From: Phoronis australis
Taxonomy: Eukaryota; Animalia; Phoronida
DNA: 64,000 nt
NCBI GenBank assembly: GCA_002633005.1
Contig: NMRA01000037.1
Location: 654,703 to 718,702 of the forward strand
Reading direction: 5' to 3'
Positions 25,001-34,250 of the stretch are shown here, one piece after another. A program made the position numbers and the translations under genes. The notes below the pieces were generated by a model. That model worked only from the letters and a program-made list of their open reading frames with translations. It had not been told where the DNA came from and made no database searches. The stretch's first letter is position 1. Every line of letters starts with the position of its first letter.

Positions 25001-25729
25001 ATACTTGGAATAGAGACTGGTAGCAGTGCACTATGACCATGTACATAGTGTTTGGAATAGAGACTGGTAGCAGTGCACTATGACCATGTACATAGTGTTT
25101 GGAATAGAGACTGGTAGCAGTGCACTATGACCATGTACATAGTGTTTCCCCTACGTGTAAAAATCTGGGTGGCTCGCCACGCTCCTTTTTGGCACCGCCA
25201 CACGTAAATTTGTCTAAAATGACACCCAAACACCACATAATCCTGACAGGAAAAATTCACCGCTACGCAAAAATCACTGGTAAAAATAAGCATGCAATAC
25301 ACAACTTATACACAACTTTTGTGCTACTGTGGATGGTTGTTTGCAGATTGAACAGGAAAGACAATAATTTAACATGATCGGATTATGAACTTCTCCCGTT
25401 AAACATAATCATTTTATCCCCTTCCTTCCTGGCGTTCGTTTAGTGACCTGACCGATATTTGGTACTGCCTAGTTATCTGAGAATGCGCAGCAACTAAATA
25501 CTGTCGGGGACCAGCACAAACGATGGTCATTGTCTACAAAGCACAATCCACAACCACAGGCACAGACACACACGAACACAACGTCAATCAGTACACATTT
25601 CAAGACAAAACTGTTAATTTTACAGTGAAATAAGCAAGAAACTGTCCCAAGTTACGCGTGGAGTTATTTGTCCAGATATACACACCACAGAGCGTTTGCA
25701 AGCAGCACTTCCTCTGGCTTAACCCACAT
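299..25729 (-). CDS. TBC1D9: TBC1 domain family member 8/9-like Rab-GAP (two GRAM domains plus start of TBC domain); multi-exon, 3' part lies outside the window
   Basis: Hand-spliced GT-AG exons with consistent phases: 25686-25729 ([15 protein letters not shown]), 21270-21381 ([17 protein letters not shown]), 18938-18989 ([11 protein letters not shown]), 14871-14948, 14160-14255, 13156-13242 ([15 protein letters not shown]), 10315-10448 ([20 protein letters not shown]), 9517-9582, 8830-8906, 7548-7598, 6783-6851 ([15 protein letters not shown]), 5778-5910, 5120-5325, 3994-4129, 944-1052 and 299-488 ([17 protein letters not shown]). The peptides are collinear with the human TBC1D9 sequence as I recall it. 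Several exons occur twice (see duplications), and one exon is probably hidden in the gap at 4641-4804. Confidence 0.95.
1271..1643 (-). mobile_element. Helentron/DINE-1-type non-autonomous element end (HINE), present in only one haplotype
   Basis: Begins AACAAGAG at a TT|AA site, followed by the hairpin caacgc-aga-gcgttg; absent at the matching site (about 2628) in the other copy. Confidence 0.55.
1645..2410 (-). CDS. TBC1D9: TBC1D9-like TBC-domain exons, copy B (2302-2410; 1645-1832, truncated by N); probable second haplotype
   Basis: Same exons with GAINE vs GAVNE; cut by the N at 1644. Confidence 0.85.
2490..2620 (+). mobile_element. tRNA-derived SINE (allelic copy about 1133-1264; related copies about 13930-14045 and 16344-16460)
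   Basis: A-box-like TGGCCTAGTGTG, B-box-like GGTTTGAGTC and the shared tail cagcttggttttaacta. Confidence 0.55.
2731..3460. mobile_element. Old foldback/MITE-like element with about 130-bp imperfect inverted arms (2731-2858 and 3329-3460)
   Basis: ttttagggttagacgtagattc pairs with gaatctacatctaaccctaaaa; gtttagctttac pairs with gtaaagctaaac. Confidence 0.65.
3994..7598 (-). CDS. TBC1D9: TBC1D9-like middle exons (7548-7598, 6783-6851, 5778-5910, 5120-5325, 3994-4129), GRAM domain 2 and linker
   Basis: [14 protein letters not shown] / [22 protein letters not shown] / [44 protein letters not shown] / [19 protein letters not shown]...[18 protein letters not shown] / [17 protein letters not shown] possible small exon lies at 4964-4994. 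Confidence 0.9.
4390..4640. repeat. Minisatellite, about 61-bp unit, 4 or more copies running into an N gap
   Basis: Repeated gagtcactgccacctaaactagtcagcattacttacctggcctgccctgatcactctc unit. Confidence 0.9.
6236..6728. mobile_element. hAT-like MITE
   Basis: TIR cagggcttggaa / ttccaagccttg, repeated internal cgcggaaa motifs, degenerate TSD; shares motifs with 63589-63680. Confidence 0.55.
8830..10448 (-). CDS. TBC1D9: TBC1D9-like exons 7-9, copy A (10315-10448, 9517-9582, 8830-8906), GRAM domain 1
   Basis: [44 protein letters not shown] / [22 protein letters not shown] / [25 protein letters not shown]. Confidence 0.9.
9850..10022. repeat. 18-bp minisatellite (cctatgggtgaagtgaca-like); allelic copy at 11595-11800 has two more units
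   Basis: Visible tandem periodicity. Confidence 0.85.
10575..12228 (-). CDS. TBC1D9: TBC1D9-like exons 7-9, copy B (12095-12228, 11262-11327, 10575-10651); probable second haplotype
   Basis: Near-identical to copy A and separated from it by a single N at 10530. Confidence 0.85.
12349..12693. mobile_element. TTAA-flanked MITE (Kolobok-like); second copy at 43568-43955
   Basis: TTAA on both sides, AA-starting imperfect TIRs, and the shared core gtgacctacgct...actgtgg(a/g)(g/a)aaagaccacccac in both copies. Confidence 0.6.
13156..14948 (-). CDS. TBC1D9: TBC1D9-like exons 4-6, copy A (14871-14948, 14160-14255, 13156-13242)
   Basis: [25 protein letters not shown] / [23 protein letters not shown] / [28 protein letters not shown]; all phase 1-1 with GT-AG. 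Confidence 0.9.
13790..13943. repeat. 51-bp tandem repeat x3 (also 16201-16356) incorporating the 5' end of the adjacent SINE
   Basis: Unit aagtgtttgttagacaaaacaaatgtttgacctaattgttcagtgtggcct. Confidence 0.9.
15155..15516. mobile_element. Haplotype-specific insertion at a TTAA site (Kolobok/piggyBac-type target), truncated by gap
   Basis: Copy A diverges from copy B exactly after cagTTAA; the insert starts AG. Confidence 0.45.
15566..17342 (-). CDS. TBC1D9: TBC1D9-like exons 4-6, copy B (17265-17342, 16558-16653, 15566-15652); probable second haplotype
   Basis: Same exons as copy A with a few substitutions (e.g. NASKK vs NAFKK); the block starts at an N gap. Confidence 0.85.
17483..17997. 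mobile_element. MITE flanked by TTAA
   Basis: TTAA|agtgctttcacaccgaac ... gtcagtatgaaagtgcc|TTAA imperfect TIRs. Confidence 0.55.
18938..18989 (-). CDS. TBC1D9: TBC1D9-like exon 3
   Basis: tgtag|[17 protein letters not shown] a|gtaagt; phase 0 to 1. Confidence 0.88.
19273..20793. mobile_element. Non-autonomous Tc1/mariner (pogo/Tc2-like) DNA transposon in TBC1D9 intron 2
   Basis: Perfect 25-bp TIR ccgtattcgccgtaataaccgccca / tgggcggttattacggcgaatacgg; TA on the left flank (CA on the right); subterminal ataagcgccccc motifs; no transposase ORF. Confidence 0.8.
21270..21381 (-). CDS. TBC1D9: TBC1D9-like exon 2
   Basis: ccag|[38 protein letters not shown]|gtgagt. Confidence 0.93.
24143..24680. 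mobile_element. Helentron-associated (HINE/pearl-like) element fragment
   Basis: About 150-bp internal core repeats (cttgtcaaaaactaaaatggccaa at 24152 and 24456), a cataccaaatttcatcaa...gttcttgagat motif, then a GACA/GGAC microsatellite. Confidence 0.55.
25005..25145. repeat. Perfect 47-bp tandem repeat x3
   Basis: Unit ttggaatagagactggtagcagtgcactatgaccatgtacatagtgt. Confidence 0.95.
25686..25729 (-). CDS. TBC1D9: TBC1D9-like exon 1 (start codon)
   Basis: ATG TGG GTT AAG CCA GAG GAA GTG CTG CTT GCA AAC GCT CTG TG|gtgtgt; the phase-2 end joins exon 21270-21381. Confidence 0.92.
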
Positions 25730-25964
25730 TTCACTCTGAATGAATCACTTCCAAGGATGTTTTGGTCGACATTTTTCTTTTGAAAGTCACATGACAAAAT
25801 GTCGTAAAATAAATATCCTTTAAACTATTTTTAAAATAGTATGATATTTCTGGCCAACAAACAGAATTAAATTTAAAAGAATCGATGGTTTAGATAAAAA
25901 TGTGTGATATAGAATTTTGCGAAAGCATTTCTTAAAAAAACGTCCGGTGGTAAAGTGGTCGTTC
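25730..25964. promoter_or_regulatory. Putative bidirectional promoter and 5'UTRs between TBC1D9-like and glutaredoxin
   Basis: The two start codons diverge only about 235 bp apart. Confidence 0.55.
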
Positions 25965-27925
25965 ATGCGTAGGCCATGTTTGCGTAGGCTACGTGATAAG
26001 TTTGTGAGACAAAGTGCGCACGTTACTTACTCTAACTTGGTAGGCCTACCGTAAGTATTAAAATAAAACATCTGTGTAGGGAAAACAAAACATGAGTAAC
26101 ATTAGCATGAGTGTTTAAAGTCACAGATATGAACGCATAGTCATAACACGATGAGTATGTTTCCATTCAAAAAGTGGGCTGCTGAGCCGGTTTTTATCGG
26201 GGTCGCTCGGTGACCTGTCCTAGTGCAGGGCTAGGCACAGCCACAGGCGTCCTCAGCTTCTGATCGTCCCCAATACACTATATATAATACCACAAGGTAT
26301 ATCACTCGGGACAAGGAATTCCAGAGTGCTTCATTTCAGCCGTCCATATCAAACACAAAACTCGATAAGTTTAGATACACAAAACAGGATTTCAACCACA
26401 GCCACAGGTAGGGTGAGCAAACCCAAATACAAATTTCATCAGAAACACTTGAGAAGAGTGTTAAATAATAGCTTTAGACATGCCGTTTATAAAACTTTTT
26501 GAATTTTTCAAATCGGTTCAGTGGTTCTCGAGTTATTTGAATTTTAGAGCCTCAAAAATGGCCTTTTTTTCAGCAAACGGCACCCAGAAATTTCAGGCCA
26601 CAGAAAATGGCAAGTTTAGACAACTATATTTGGGAATCCATAACTCACAGTGCTNATTGCCAGTTCATCACGGAAGGTTATGAAATGGTCTGGCTAAATG
26701 TGGAGTTATTGATGTTGTGACGCTCCGTGACAAATCGGCAATTGCTGTACCGTCCTTGACCTTGAACCGTCAAAGGAGAAATGACGCGTGGGCTTTTTGG
26801 GAACATTTTTGTGCTTTGATCGCAAATTCGTTACGATCTCGCTAGAGCAGGACACCGTGAATGGTATTATAAGAAAGAACAATTGCTAATAATTTGTTGA
26901 AACCCTGCTTTGCGTAAATTTATTGAGTTTTGTGTTTGATATGGATGGCTGAAGTGAAGCATCCGTGGAATTCCTTGTCCTGTGTGTCATACCCTGTTTG
27001 GGGACGCTCAGAAGCTGGCGCGTGACACTTGCAAAGTAGCATGTGAAGGTATCAGGTGAAATTTGTAAGATTTGTGTCCCTTGGACTTTTTATCGGTCAA
27101 CACACGTGATTTCACCTAACTTCCTCAAAGTGGTACCCGGTAAGAGAAACTCTAGCAAACCACAACAGATTTTCATTGATTTGTTCAAATGCAGCTGTAA
27201 CATATCTCATATTCATGTTTCAGAGTATGGGTTCCTTTTTTAGTAGTGGTGACACTACAGGTGCTGAAGAGTTCATCACCAAGACGATATCTGAGAACTG
27301 TGTTGTGGTGTTCTCAAAGACTGGATGTCCATACTGTGGCTTAGCTAAACGTGTACTTAATGAAACAGGAAGGAAGTACGCAGTTGTTGAGCTAAACAGA
27401 CGGGATGATGGCAGTGCCCTACAAGATGTCTTAGCTCAAAAGACGGGAGCCAGAACTGTGAGTTCACACACCACTTATTTTGACTATCATCAGTTGCTAA
27501 AAATAGCATAATAGTACAGTGCTACTTGAGGCGTGTTCTCTGATAAAATCGGTTGCAAAGTGGCCCACGTATGGCATTTTCTCAGAATATCTCTTTACAG
27601 AGAGCCGTAGTTATACAACTCTATGTTCGTTAAACATATTGTCGCTATCATTCGTCATTATCAATCATTACCATGTTCATCGTCTTCCTCAGTTTTCATT
27701 CAATTTCACTTACAGTTCGGATGAACTGCTAACACTACGGTCTTGACTGAAACTTACCTCCGCTTTGTGCACAGAGACAATGTTTATTACATTAAATAGG
27801 TGCCACGGGTGTTTATCAATGGAAGGTGTATCGGAGGTGGAACGGAAACAAAGAAACTGTCTGACGAGGGAAAGCTCGTGCCCATGATTGACAGATGTTC
27901 AGTAACGAAAACTGCAGGTACATAG
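25965..27925 (+). CDS. GLRX2: Glutaredoxin-2-like dithiol glutaredoxin; exons 25965-26039 (putative mitochondrial presequence), 27224-27457, 27800-27925
   Basis: Exons 2+3 give MGSFFSSG...VVVFSKTGCPYCGLAKRVL...LAQKTGART|VPRVFINGRCIGGGTETKKL...TAG, with the CPYC active site, TVP and GG glutathione-binding motifs and GT-AG phase-0 junctions. Exon 1 is inferred from its in-frame Arg-rich leader and the AG acceptor just before the exon-2 ATG, so it is less certain. Confidence 0.9.
26254..27017. mobile_element. Foldback/MITE with about 110-bp imperfect inverted arms in glutaredoxin intron 1
   Basis: cagcttctgatcgtccccaa...ggacaaggaattcc...ccatatcaaacacaaaactc (26254-26372) pairs with gagttttgtgtttgatatgg...ggaattccttgtcc...ttggggacgctcagaagctg (26915-27017). 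Confidence 0.7.
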
Positions 27926-29459
27926 CACTGACTGGTCCAAGACTACCATCTCAGTTTCGGGAAGTGGACCACTGTCAGGGATAACCTGATGAATGTCGAG
28001 CTTGGTCAACTCTCTGTGGTGCTTCCTTCAACCTATGTCTCATTCGTCATAATAATTTTGTTGTGTTTAAACGCATAAACATGTTCATGCTGTATCATGA
28101 GCCAAGACTTTGTAGTACCACTTGTGCAAACTTTGTGCTAGTATTGAGATTGATGTTTTGTTGGTGGGTGTTACTAGTGTATCTCATTGGTTTATTGTCG
28201 TAGTACAGTGAACAGAGTTCATTTTGGTATGCGCCGCATGCCTTTAACGCATTTTGAAGTTCCTGTTGGTGAACTGTGATGAATAAGCGTTGCCTAAGCA
28301 TCCCTGAACTGACTCACATGTATCGTGCTATGTTGGCAAATTGGCCTAAAACACTATTTTTATAAAAAATACCCTTGCTTCGGTACACCATTGAAGAATA
28401 ACCAGCATACATTCCATTCTACTCAATTGTGAGAGGAAACAAAAGTGAAAAATTTAGCTTAATTTTTATAAGGCAACTAATGCTCTTCATGTTGCTATGG
28501 TTTCACAGTTTCTTACTTTGTACCATATACATTGGTGTTCTTTGGTTCCTTGCGTCATTGGCCGACAAATAATGTCTTTAAATTTCATGCGAATATGAAT
28601 TTGGACACATTTCAACATCATGCTTGCGAACCAATTATTGACCAAGAGAAACCAAAAATGTAAGCATCTCCTGAATAACAAGGAGTCCTATGAGATCTAT
28701 GTTCCTAAAAAAAAACTATTCATCAAACGAAAAAAAATGTGAGTGACCTGAAAATAACTTAATGGGTGCAGTGGTCATGAAAAACAAACTGAATGTTGCA
28801 TGTAAGTGTCCTAAGACCCCTACAGCTCATAGCAAATATTTCACCATTCGTTATCATTAAAAACAGTTTTGATTAAAAGTTATATATGTGACAGCTTATC
28901 ACAAGCAAACCACATTCGTACCCACATTCACACTCAAGTAGAAAATTGAATATCTTCTGTATAATGAACCAATAAACTCACCCAGCTATGAGAAAAAATT
29001 GACATAGGAAAAGTGAATGCTCTCCACATCATTCAATGAGAAATCTAAGCACAGTAAATTTCATTCTGGTCAACCCAAAGGTTACCATGGTGACCGCTGC
29101 AACAGTCAGTGAGCCTATTCAACCACAGTGTGCCTAAATAGTGAAACACAACCTGCACATAGGTACAAACTTACAAAATCCATTGTAGCACCTTAATTCA
29201 AAGCCAATGATCACAGCTGAAGTTTCAAATGAAGTTGTGACTTGTGAGTGCAGACCTCTGAGACTTCAAGAAAAATATACTTAGACTTCCAAATGGGAAG
29301 TCAATTAAGTACCCTGTACATTTGTAATCTGAAAATAAAACAACTAAAGACGTAAGCAAATAAACAATATCATGGCCCGCAGAAAGAAAACTATGCAAGA
29401 TTGAGAGACTTAGCACCAGTTAGTTGTGTGGCTTTATGAGTCCAGCTTCACATCAAATT

Positions 29460-30020
29460 ACCCATCTTCCCTCCTCAAACTTTCACCTCCAGCCACACAT
29501 TAACGTTTGACTCACAAATTCATGTAAGCCAGCCATTGTTCTTTCTGATAGGGTACGCTTTGGATAGCAGTTTTCCCTTTTTAACATTCAAGTCATTCGG
29601 GAGATCCGTCCTGATAATGGCTTTTTCCTTGGGTCTGTGCCCCTCCTTGGTTGAATATTTAAGCACAGTTGGTCAACATCTCCTCACAGAAGACTTTCAT
29701 TGACTTGTCAGCTCTGGTCTTTGCAAACTGCTTATAAGTTTAGTAGCCATCTTTTGCTCTCTGTGGTGAAATTCTGTATACTGGGATGTGGGCTGCACAG
29801 TTCTTGGAACTCCACCAATACATGGCGGACCAGGTCCACACTGTTGCTGATTGGTTCAGGTGCTAGCACCAAGTACAGCTTCAGCTTTTGATCATTTATG
29901 CATCACTAATTTCATTGAACATTACTATCAACTGGAAACCTAACATCTAGGTTGGAAAGCAGCGGATTGCAAAAGTCATCTTTGCAGTTCAGAAAGCGTC
30001 TTTCCATCTCAGCTGTCTTA
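29460..30020 (-). pseudogene. Decayed hAT (ZNF862-like) transposase C-terminal fragment
   Basis: Broken frames read LLSNLDVRFP, YKQFAK, IIRTDLPNDL (resembles IKTxLRNxL of the hAT dimerisation domain) and NVWLEVK. Confidence 0.4.
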
Positions 30021-32597
30021 CTGAGCTAAAAAACCTCTCAAGGTCACCTGGCTCTTGGGGAGCGAAACAGCTTCTTGTACCCTGGGCATTGCACCCATAT
30101 CTTCGAATACTCTCAGTGTCTACCACGTCACCGTCTACTGTGCTTCAGCCCGAAACAATCTCTCACTCAATTATATCAAATATTGCGCTCACTGATGCTA
30201 ACCTTGTCGTCACCGGCAATGTTGTTTGTTGCTGAAAAGAGAAAAAATTCAATCAAAGAATCCTGTCCGAACAACAGTGTCCACATAAACAGTTTCTTGG
30301 TTTGAGGTAGTACATATTAATATACTTCATCTCACAAGTTGCTTGTATGCTACATATTGATATTTTCTGATTGGGAAATAATCGTTAAAGCTGCACTTCC
30401 CAAACAATAGGATCTTGACTTGTGATATCAATTACAGCATTCTTTTGGAAGTGAAATATAAATTTCGACAGAATTGAAGAAGTAAAACACTGGAAATCTA
30501 GTTCAAATTGGATGGTATTATACTGTAGTTCACTGGTATCTCTAGGGTGTCATAAACGTACACTGATCTGAATTTCTAAAGAAAAAAGACCGATTGATTT
30601 ATTAAATAACGGTCCACAAACCAATACAATGGAACAATCCAACATATCAAGACACATATCCAGACCATTAAGATACTATTAACGTATGAAGTTGAAAAAA
30701 ATATGTACTGAATGTACGAAGTAGTCCAACTTATTTCTGTCCTGTTGCCCTTGTAAGTTGGCGCCAATAACATTTGCAGGTGGACCTTTTTGTTGTGTCC
30801 ATTGTAGGTTAGTAAAATGCCCTGTTTTATTAACATGCTAAAATGTAATTCAGAAACGTTTGAAATTTGTCAGTTTCGGCATGAAGTTTTAGACATGTTG
30901 CTTTCATTCTGTGCTGCAGATTTGCTGCATAAAGAATGTTCTTCCAACATTCTGGGGTTGTCAAAGCTGGCACGAAGCGACCGTACTTGCATATTCGTGT
31001 TAAGAAATACTTACCTTCTGCAAACTACGCTCAGAAATTTGACCCTATTGTTGTCTGTAGTTATAGTACACTGTTTCCAAAACCCAGGAATATAAGCATA
31101 CCTTTCAAAACCTGGGTGCGCAGTGATACAAGTTGAGTTGACACATTTGTCTTGTTTGAACTAGTTCCTGGGAACAGACACACTCTCGTCTGGCGCCCAT
31201 GGCTGCTCAGTTTCTGCACGTACACCTGTTGAAATGAGATATCTTTAACTTAATTGTAAAATTGCCCAGGAAGGATGTTGGAATTACTTTATTCTTAGAT
31301 TGTTCAGTTTGAGCTAGCGTTGTAATTTCAAATGTGACTGAATTGTGCCCAGTAGCATGCAGAAGGGAGGGCCGACAATTTCAAGGGGGGGCATCACATT
31401 GATATGAATAAACTTTTTGAAATTGTGACTGCTTCACAGAAAAATTAAATAAAGGTTCTAGTTTATGTTATATCTTTTTACTTTTCACAGTATTAGAGTA
31501 CATGCATTAAAAAACATCGCCCCGGGCATCACCAACCTCTGCACGCTTCTGACTGTACTCCAGATACACTCCCGATATACTGTTTAAACTGTCTTGAATT
31601 TTACTCACCATCTATCATCTATCTTCGCCTTCCAACCTGTCCAGAAATTCTACAATTTCTTCGGTTCCGACTTGAGCCTCCTGGTCATATTCAGCCTCGC
31701 CATCTTTACTTGCCGAATCTTCAGGCTCGAACAGGTATGGGGCAATTCAGGCAAAAAATGGTTTATATTGTTTGTTGCAAATCGGGACACCCCTCATCAA
31801 AAACTTCGGATTCAACTGATCCTCTAAAATGTTGGAATTGCTATCACTATCGCTCACACATGCACGTCCATATTCTATGTTGTTTATTGATACACTGATC
31901 AATGATTCCCAGTTTGTATCGGTCTTATTCCTTTTGAAATGCTCCTTGCGCTCATGCAGCGGGTGCCGCACACTTGATTTATTCTTACCATTGATGATGT
32001 AGTTGTATGGATAAACTATTCCACGATCTTGTTAATCCTCAATAGCGCTACCCACCTGTTCTTGGAGTGACAGAGGAGCCTACCCCTCCTAGGTGTTCAG
32101 GGGACAATTTGCTCAAAAATTGGGGATAATTTGGTGAGTTGAGGAAAGATTCATTAAGGCGTCGTTCAAAAATCATATCGCGCTTCCTGGTAATTTTTTA
32201 CCCCCTCCTGAACCCTAACAGCCTGATCTCCACCCTTCAAAATTATGTCAGGATAGCTACTTTTGTTGTTCTATACCAGTTCAAATAAACAACTTGTGTT
32301 CAAACAAAAAATGATATTTTATAGTCAACTTATAATAATAGAGATATTGTGAGACAGCTCATGCAACGCTACATACTCAGTACTATACCAGGGAGATTTC
32401 TGTACTACTTGTCCAAAAATACTCTAATCGAAAAAGTATGCTTTGATTTGTCAACACAAATAATCACACAATCAAAAACATTTGCGTAAAGAACACATTG
32501 CCTAAGTTCTGAACGAGGTGGATATATATAAACACACTTGAAGGAGCAGCAGTTGGAACTGCAAGTTTATTCAGAGTAAGATAATTCTCAAACTTAC

Positions 32598-34250
32598 CAG
32601 CATTAGGAAAAGATTGAAGATAATATAAAACTTTACTGTCCAAGAGCTCGTCACTGATGTCTGTAAATTTGGAATGAACAGAAAATCCAAATTCGTGTAA
32701 GCGGTAATTGATAGTGCAAGGACTGACATTATAGAAATTAGCTATTTCCTTTACTGTAAATCCATTCTCTGAAAAGAAAGAGAAAATCCAAATTTGCATT
32801 AATTAGTAATAATTTTTACATAAGACTGTTTTACAAATTTTTAAATGAGCTATTTACTTTGTGAAAAAGGTCCATGTAACTACTGTATATCTATTATCAG
32901 CTAACAAATGAGGTTTTTTGCTAACGGACCCTGATTGTAATTACAAGTAAGTGATAACCATACTTGACCATTATTACTAGGGAGGTTGTGCAAAATCACG
33001 AGTAATCGGGAAAGTAAGCTTACGAGTGTAGGTTCGTGTAGAAGGAGCAATTCCAACATTCACATGCGATTCTGGGTGGGTCTATGTGTATGCTCTCGCA
33101 GTCGACTGCAAAAGGCTCGTCACCTATTCTGCCACGTATATGCCCATGGGTGTTAAAATTTTCACAATGCAGAAATTTGGACACTGGCGTTAATACATGT
33201 TCATACAAACACCCCACTTTTCGATTGGGTTGTCGTTAGTGGAGAGGCCTTCAGAGTTCCGTGTGGCGGCTAAGAAAGTAAGTGTGACGTCCTCATTTGA
33301 GTGGATAGGCCGGAAGGGTGGCTTTTTATGAGATTTCCCTTGGGAAGGGTGACTTTTTATTGGATTTCCTCATGGAAGAGTCTCTTTGCTACTGGCCAAA
33401 CTTTCCGAAAGGGTGGTTAAATAAACCTATCTTGATTTTCAGACTGCACTCCCTGTCGCTATAATAGTAACCCCGGGATACTTACGGTGTTTGTACATAT
33501 TAGTGTACGCAAATTATTTTAAGTAGAGCTTTTTGAAGTTCTGGCTCTTGATGAATACTAAATTCGCAGTGCAATCTTTTAGTTTTGATTGAAAGTTGAT
33601 TTTTCTTAACTGTCGTGGTTTTTCTAGGTCACATAATTAGGTGGGTCAGAAAAAACCTACCAAATTCTTTCAATGATTTAAAGGTACCAAACAGTTGGTC
33701 TACAGCTTTCAAATTTGGTCCAAGATAACAAGATAACCACAAGTTGATGGCTGTAAGTTAGGTTTATTTGTTCCTTTAAATTTCATTTAGTAACTTATGT
33801 GCGAAGTGGTCCCAAATCGACTTGCCGTATGAACTGTACAAGTATTTGTGCGAAATTAACTCTCAAACATTTTTGTACCAAACTTACCAACAAAGGATCT
33901 CAGCTGTCTATAATCGATGTCAAACTTTGGTCTGCCTTGTCTTCCATTTTGAATAATATCAGGTTGATTATGTGCAATGTCAGGCCGGGCGTTCAGGCCA
34001 GCATCACTGTGAACATGGTCGCTAAGGGCACTTGCATTCCTAAAAAGATCAGGTGCACTTGACAAGGGCAAAGCCACATCTTCTAGCCCCGGAACATCCA
34101 ACATTACCTGAAGCAAATGCCCCAACCTACACAGGAACTCGTCATTGAACTGTTGGTTGCTTGACGATATGTTCTTGAAAGTTTCTATTTCGAGAGTAAA
34201 TAGTCTTGTTGTCGACGTCTCCCGATTGAGTTTATCACCAAAGAGCACAT
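32598..34250 (-). mobile_element. IS3EU-like intron-containing transposase, N-terminal exons only (33887-34250, 32598-32768); duplicated at 35691-36041
   Basis: GRPKFDIDYRQLRSFV|ENGFTVKEIANFYNVSPCTINYRLHEFG...ISDELLDSKVLYYLQSFPNAG: an HTH and PNxG motif that I recall preceding the integrase core in eukaryotic IS3-like transposases. The catalytic core was not found. Confidence 0.6.

Noticed and set aside
25005-25145. Direct repeats as a possible CRISPR array (also 13790-13943, 4390-4640)
   Set aside because: Head-to-tail units with no unique spacers, eukaryotic intron context, no cas genes.
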